A stretch of 64,000 nt of DNA from NCBI GenBank assembly GCA_002269645.1, contig NIVC01002381.1:1-64000 (forward strand), given 5' to 3'. The notes below the pieces were generated by a model. The model made no database searches. It saw only the letters and a list, made by a program, of their open reading frames with translations, and was not told the origin of the DNA. Shown here piece after piece: positions 60,737 through 64,000 of this stretch (its first letter is position 1; each line of letters starts with the position of its first letter). The translations under genes were made by a program, and so were the position numbers. The stretch is from Macrostomum lignano (Eukaryota).

Positions 60737-61760
60737 TTAATATTTTCCAACGTCTTCTTTCAGCGTGAAAGTTCGATTAAAGATGAGCCGGCCGGGCGGG
60801 CTGGAGTCCTGGTCCAGATAGAAGTAGCCCAGCCGTTCGAACTGCAGGTGGCGCTGAATGGCGGCAGCAGTCAGCAGGTAGCGGTCGGCCAGGGCGCAGG
60901 GCTTCACCGACAGAGAGTTCGGATTCATGGCCACTATGAGGCCTTCGGGATGCTCCTCTGGGTTCTTCATGGTGAGCAGCTGCTCGTATAAGCGGACATC
61001 CCCCTGGATTGGATATTGTGTGATAATTTTACTATCTATGGACACTAAACATACATAAACTACTTATTTAATTCAGTAGTCAGTAGCACGAGGATTTAAT
61101 TTATAATCTTCACAATTAGGCCTGATTCCCACCTCTTACCTGAACGGGATCGGCCACCCAGTGCACGAAGCATTTCGGCTTGGCCGGCAGGCTGTCCAGC
61201 GGCTGACAGGCCACTCGCAGCTCAGACACTTGTCCGGCAGCGTCCCGGACAACCTGGCGCACAGCGATGGCCACATTAGCATGCTTCAGGCCGACTGGCT
61301 GGTCCTCGGTGAGCCGTTTGAACCCGGCGCCGGCGCCTGCTTTGCCGCCGTCGCGAAAATCTTCTCTTTCCAAGTAGAGCACGCCGGATAAGGCGGAGAA
61401 GCTGGCAATGGAATGCGAGCCCCGCTCCGGACTAGCCGGATAGTCCGGCACCGTCAGGACGGCCGCTTTGGCGGCGTCCAAGCCTTCAACTATGGTGGCC
61501 TTCAACGGGTCGAGCACAACCATGGTGCGCGGCGCCGAGCTGTTGAGGATCTCCCTGGTGCAGGCGTCAAGGAGGCTGGGATCGAAGTAGGCTGATGCCA
61601 TGGTGACGCCAACCTTGGCGACGAATAGGTTCACAGCCTCAGGCGGGACACCGCGGCGGCGCAGGGAGGGTTAACAGCCTGGGATCGTCCCAGTCAGCTA
61701 CAGCCTTCTTCTGCACCAGGTTGAGAATCTTCCGCTTGGACATGACCGTGTTGCAGACCT
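60737..61760 (-). pseudogene. QARS1: Glutaminyl-tRNA synthetase, C-terminal portion only (exons ~61760-61140 and 61003-60737) with a frameshift near 61660; status uncertain
   Basis: NTVMSKRK (KMSKS-type), DWDDPRL, RRRGVPPEA, PRTMVVLDPL, YLEREDF, KPKCFVHWV, QFERLGYF, FNRTFTLKED. GT-AG intron 61004-61139 is intact; homology stops at ~61760. Confidence 0.78.
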
Positions 61761-62185
61761 CGGGTGACCACCCTTTAACAAAAAATTCTGAAGGCATGCT
61801 CAAGGCAACGAGAAATTTTGCCAAATGCCAGGGATAGGGGGCCATAGTTCGGATTGTGTATTAGTGTACGCCTCGTTTCTGGTGTCGCGGCGCACCGAAT
61901 GACCTTTTTTGGTCCTTCCTTCTGTCTACTAGGGGGCAGGGGGGTGCCTCCACTGTGCAGAGGCCTGTGTACAGGCGGGCCCCGCTCTCAGCCGTGCACC
62001 AGTCTGGCCGCCACAGAGCTCCCCCCCAGCACCGAGCTATTCAGCCAAGGCTGCCGGGCTCGGACGGCACTGGCGGGGCGGCAGTACGAGCTAGGCGGCT
62101 GGGGCAAGCAGCAGTGCGTTGGGCCGCAGGCGGAAGGTCATCAGCTGAAGAGGCGGGGTCGGCGGCAGAGTGCGCTGGGGGCGGC

Positions 62186-64000
62186 TCAGAGGGCAGCCGT
62201 GGCGGGCAGCCGTGGCGGGCGGCCTCTCGGTCGCAGAGCCGGCGTCGGGACAGGGTCGTCCGCGTCGATGACGGCTGGCTTCAGCCTATCCACTGACACC
62301 CGGTTGCGGCGAGTGCCCAGGTCCAGCAGGAAAGCTTTGGCGTCCCGCTCGAGGACCTTGCACGGGCCGTCGTAAGGTCGCTGCAGTGGGGGGCGGTGGC
62401 CGTCGCGCCGGATGAAAACGAACTGGCAGGCGTCGAGGGCGGCGGGCCAGGCGGTGGGGCGGCTGCCGTGACGGGACGTCGGCGACGGCCGGAATGCCTG
62501 GACGGCACCGCGGAGCCGGGTGAGGAACTGGTCGTGGTCGCCGGCCGGCGGGCTGGGCTGCAGGCACTCGCCGGGCACGCAGAGGGGCGCACCGTAGACC
62601 AGCTCGGCTGACGAAACCGGCAGGTCCTCCTTGGGGGCCGTCCGGATGCCGAGCAGCACCCAGGGCAGCTCGCTGACCCAGGCTGGTCCGGCCAGTCGCG
62701 CCATGAGGGAGGCCTTCAGCTGTCGGTGGAAACGCTCGACCAGCCCGTTCGCCGTTGTCCGGTATAGCTGCATTTCGAGGAGTCGTGAGACGTTCGACCA
62801 CAGCTGCGACGTGAATTGCGAGCCGCGGTCCGATGTGATGTCGCTCGGCACGCCGAACCTGGCGATCCAATGGGCGATGAAGGCTGAAGCGCACGCGGCC
62901 GCGGAGGTGTCGGTCATCGGGATCGCCTCCGGCCACCGGGTGAAACGGTCCACGATGGTCAGCAGGTGCGTGAAGCCTTGCGAAGGCGGCAGCGGCCCCA
63001 CCAGGTCGACGTGCACGTGGGCGAAGCGCTGGTCCGGGACGCGGATGTTGCCAACTGGGGCTGACTTCCTTGTTCATGCCGGCCCACACGAACTTAGCGG
63101 CCACGAGGCGCCGCGTGCTGCGGACGGACGGGTGGGCGCGAGGCCGTGGATGGCGTCGAAGAGGGGGCGTCGGAAATTCGGCGGCACCAACGGGCGCGGC
63201 CGGCCCGTGGAGATGTCGCAGAGCAGGGTGACTCCAGGGCTGAGCTGCAGCGGCTCGAGCTGGAGGCTGGCATCGGCCTGGCTGGCCAATCGGCAACCTG
63301 CGCCATGGCCGCGAAATCCACGCCGGGGAGCAGCCGGGGCTGCACCGAAGAGACCTTGCAGCGGGACAGCGCGTCTGCGACCGAGTTGTCCTTGCCCGCC
63401 ACGTGCTGGATGTCCGTGGTGAACTCGGATACGTAGGCCAGGTGGCGCTGCTGCCAGGCGGACCACGGGTCAGACATCTTGGACATGGCGGCGACCAGCG
63501 GCTTGTGGTCTGTGAAAGCGGTGAATGCGCGGTCCTCGAGGAAATAGCGAAAGTGCCCGACCGCCAGGTACAGGGCGAGCAGCTCCCGATCGAAGGCGCT
63601 GTACTTCTGCTCGGGCGGGCAGAGCTGCCGGCTGAAGAAGGCGAGCGGCTGCCAGGCGCTGCCAACCCGCTGCTCGGGCGCCGCGCCGACTGCGGTATCG
63701 GAGGCGTCGACGGTGAGGGCGAGGGGCGCGTCTGGCCGCGGGTGCGCCAGCATGGCGGCGGAGGCCAGCGGCCGCTTTGCCCTGTCGAAAGCGGCGGTCA
63801 GCTCGGGCGTCCACCGGACGAACTTCTCCTTGCCGGCCATGGCCGCATGGATGGGGCGCAGCAGCTGGGCGGCGCGCGGCACGAAGCGGTGGTAGAAATT
63901 CACCATGCCGGCGAACTCCTGCAGGCCCTTGACGGTGGCTGGTGGTGCGAACATGGCGATGGCGTCGACTTTGGTGGGCAGCGGCACGGCTCCCTGGGCG
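62186..64000 (-). mobile_element. Ty3/Gypsy pol (RT C-terminus, RNase H, integrase), frameshifted; continues beyond the window
   Basis: LQEFAGMVNFYHRFVP, LTVDASD, PLAFFSRQL, YSAFDRELLA, FTDHKPL, HVDLVGPLP, IVDRFTRWPEA, ITSDRGSQF and NGLVERFHRQLK, spread over several frames. Confidence 0.95.

Overview
This is eukaryotic (animal) genomic DNA, not prokaryotic. It shows GT-AG introns, GC-rich coding exons in AT-rich intergenic DNA, and roughly 30% tandem repeat by my rough tally. The style resembles the flatworm Macrostomum (inference only). Genes supported by motifs and hand-checked splice phases: signal peptide peptidase (3' part), a rhodopsin-class GPCR plus a partial tandem duplicate, ALDH6A1, a USP1-like deubiquitinase, a neurensin-like membrane protein, TXNDC9/PhLP3, an intronless SID-1/SIDT-family gene, a CIB-family EF-hand protein, and the 3' part of glutaminyl-tRNA synthetase. 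Mobile DNA: Ty3/Gypsy, RTE-LINE and mariner relics, plus several TIR elements with clean target-site duplications. The most unusual observations are: (1) a 2.2 kb long-TIR, 9-bp-TSD element carrying a decayed Ulp1-protease plus PHD-finger gene, nested in a stack of DNA transposons; (2) locus-private minisatellites seeded on splice acceptors or stop codons, creating arrays of decoy splice sites; (3) a 40-bp satellite dispersed as four arrays, one split by a LINE; (4) a minisatellite-GPCR chimeric ORF; (5) a short ORF with a PKA-pseudosubstrate-like RRNAV motif. I found no CRISPR array, rRNA or confident tRNA. Repeat boundaries and copy numbers are approximate by-eye counts.
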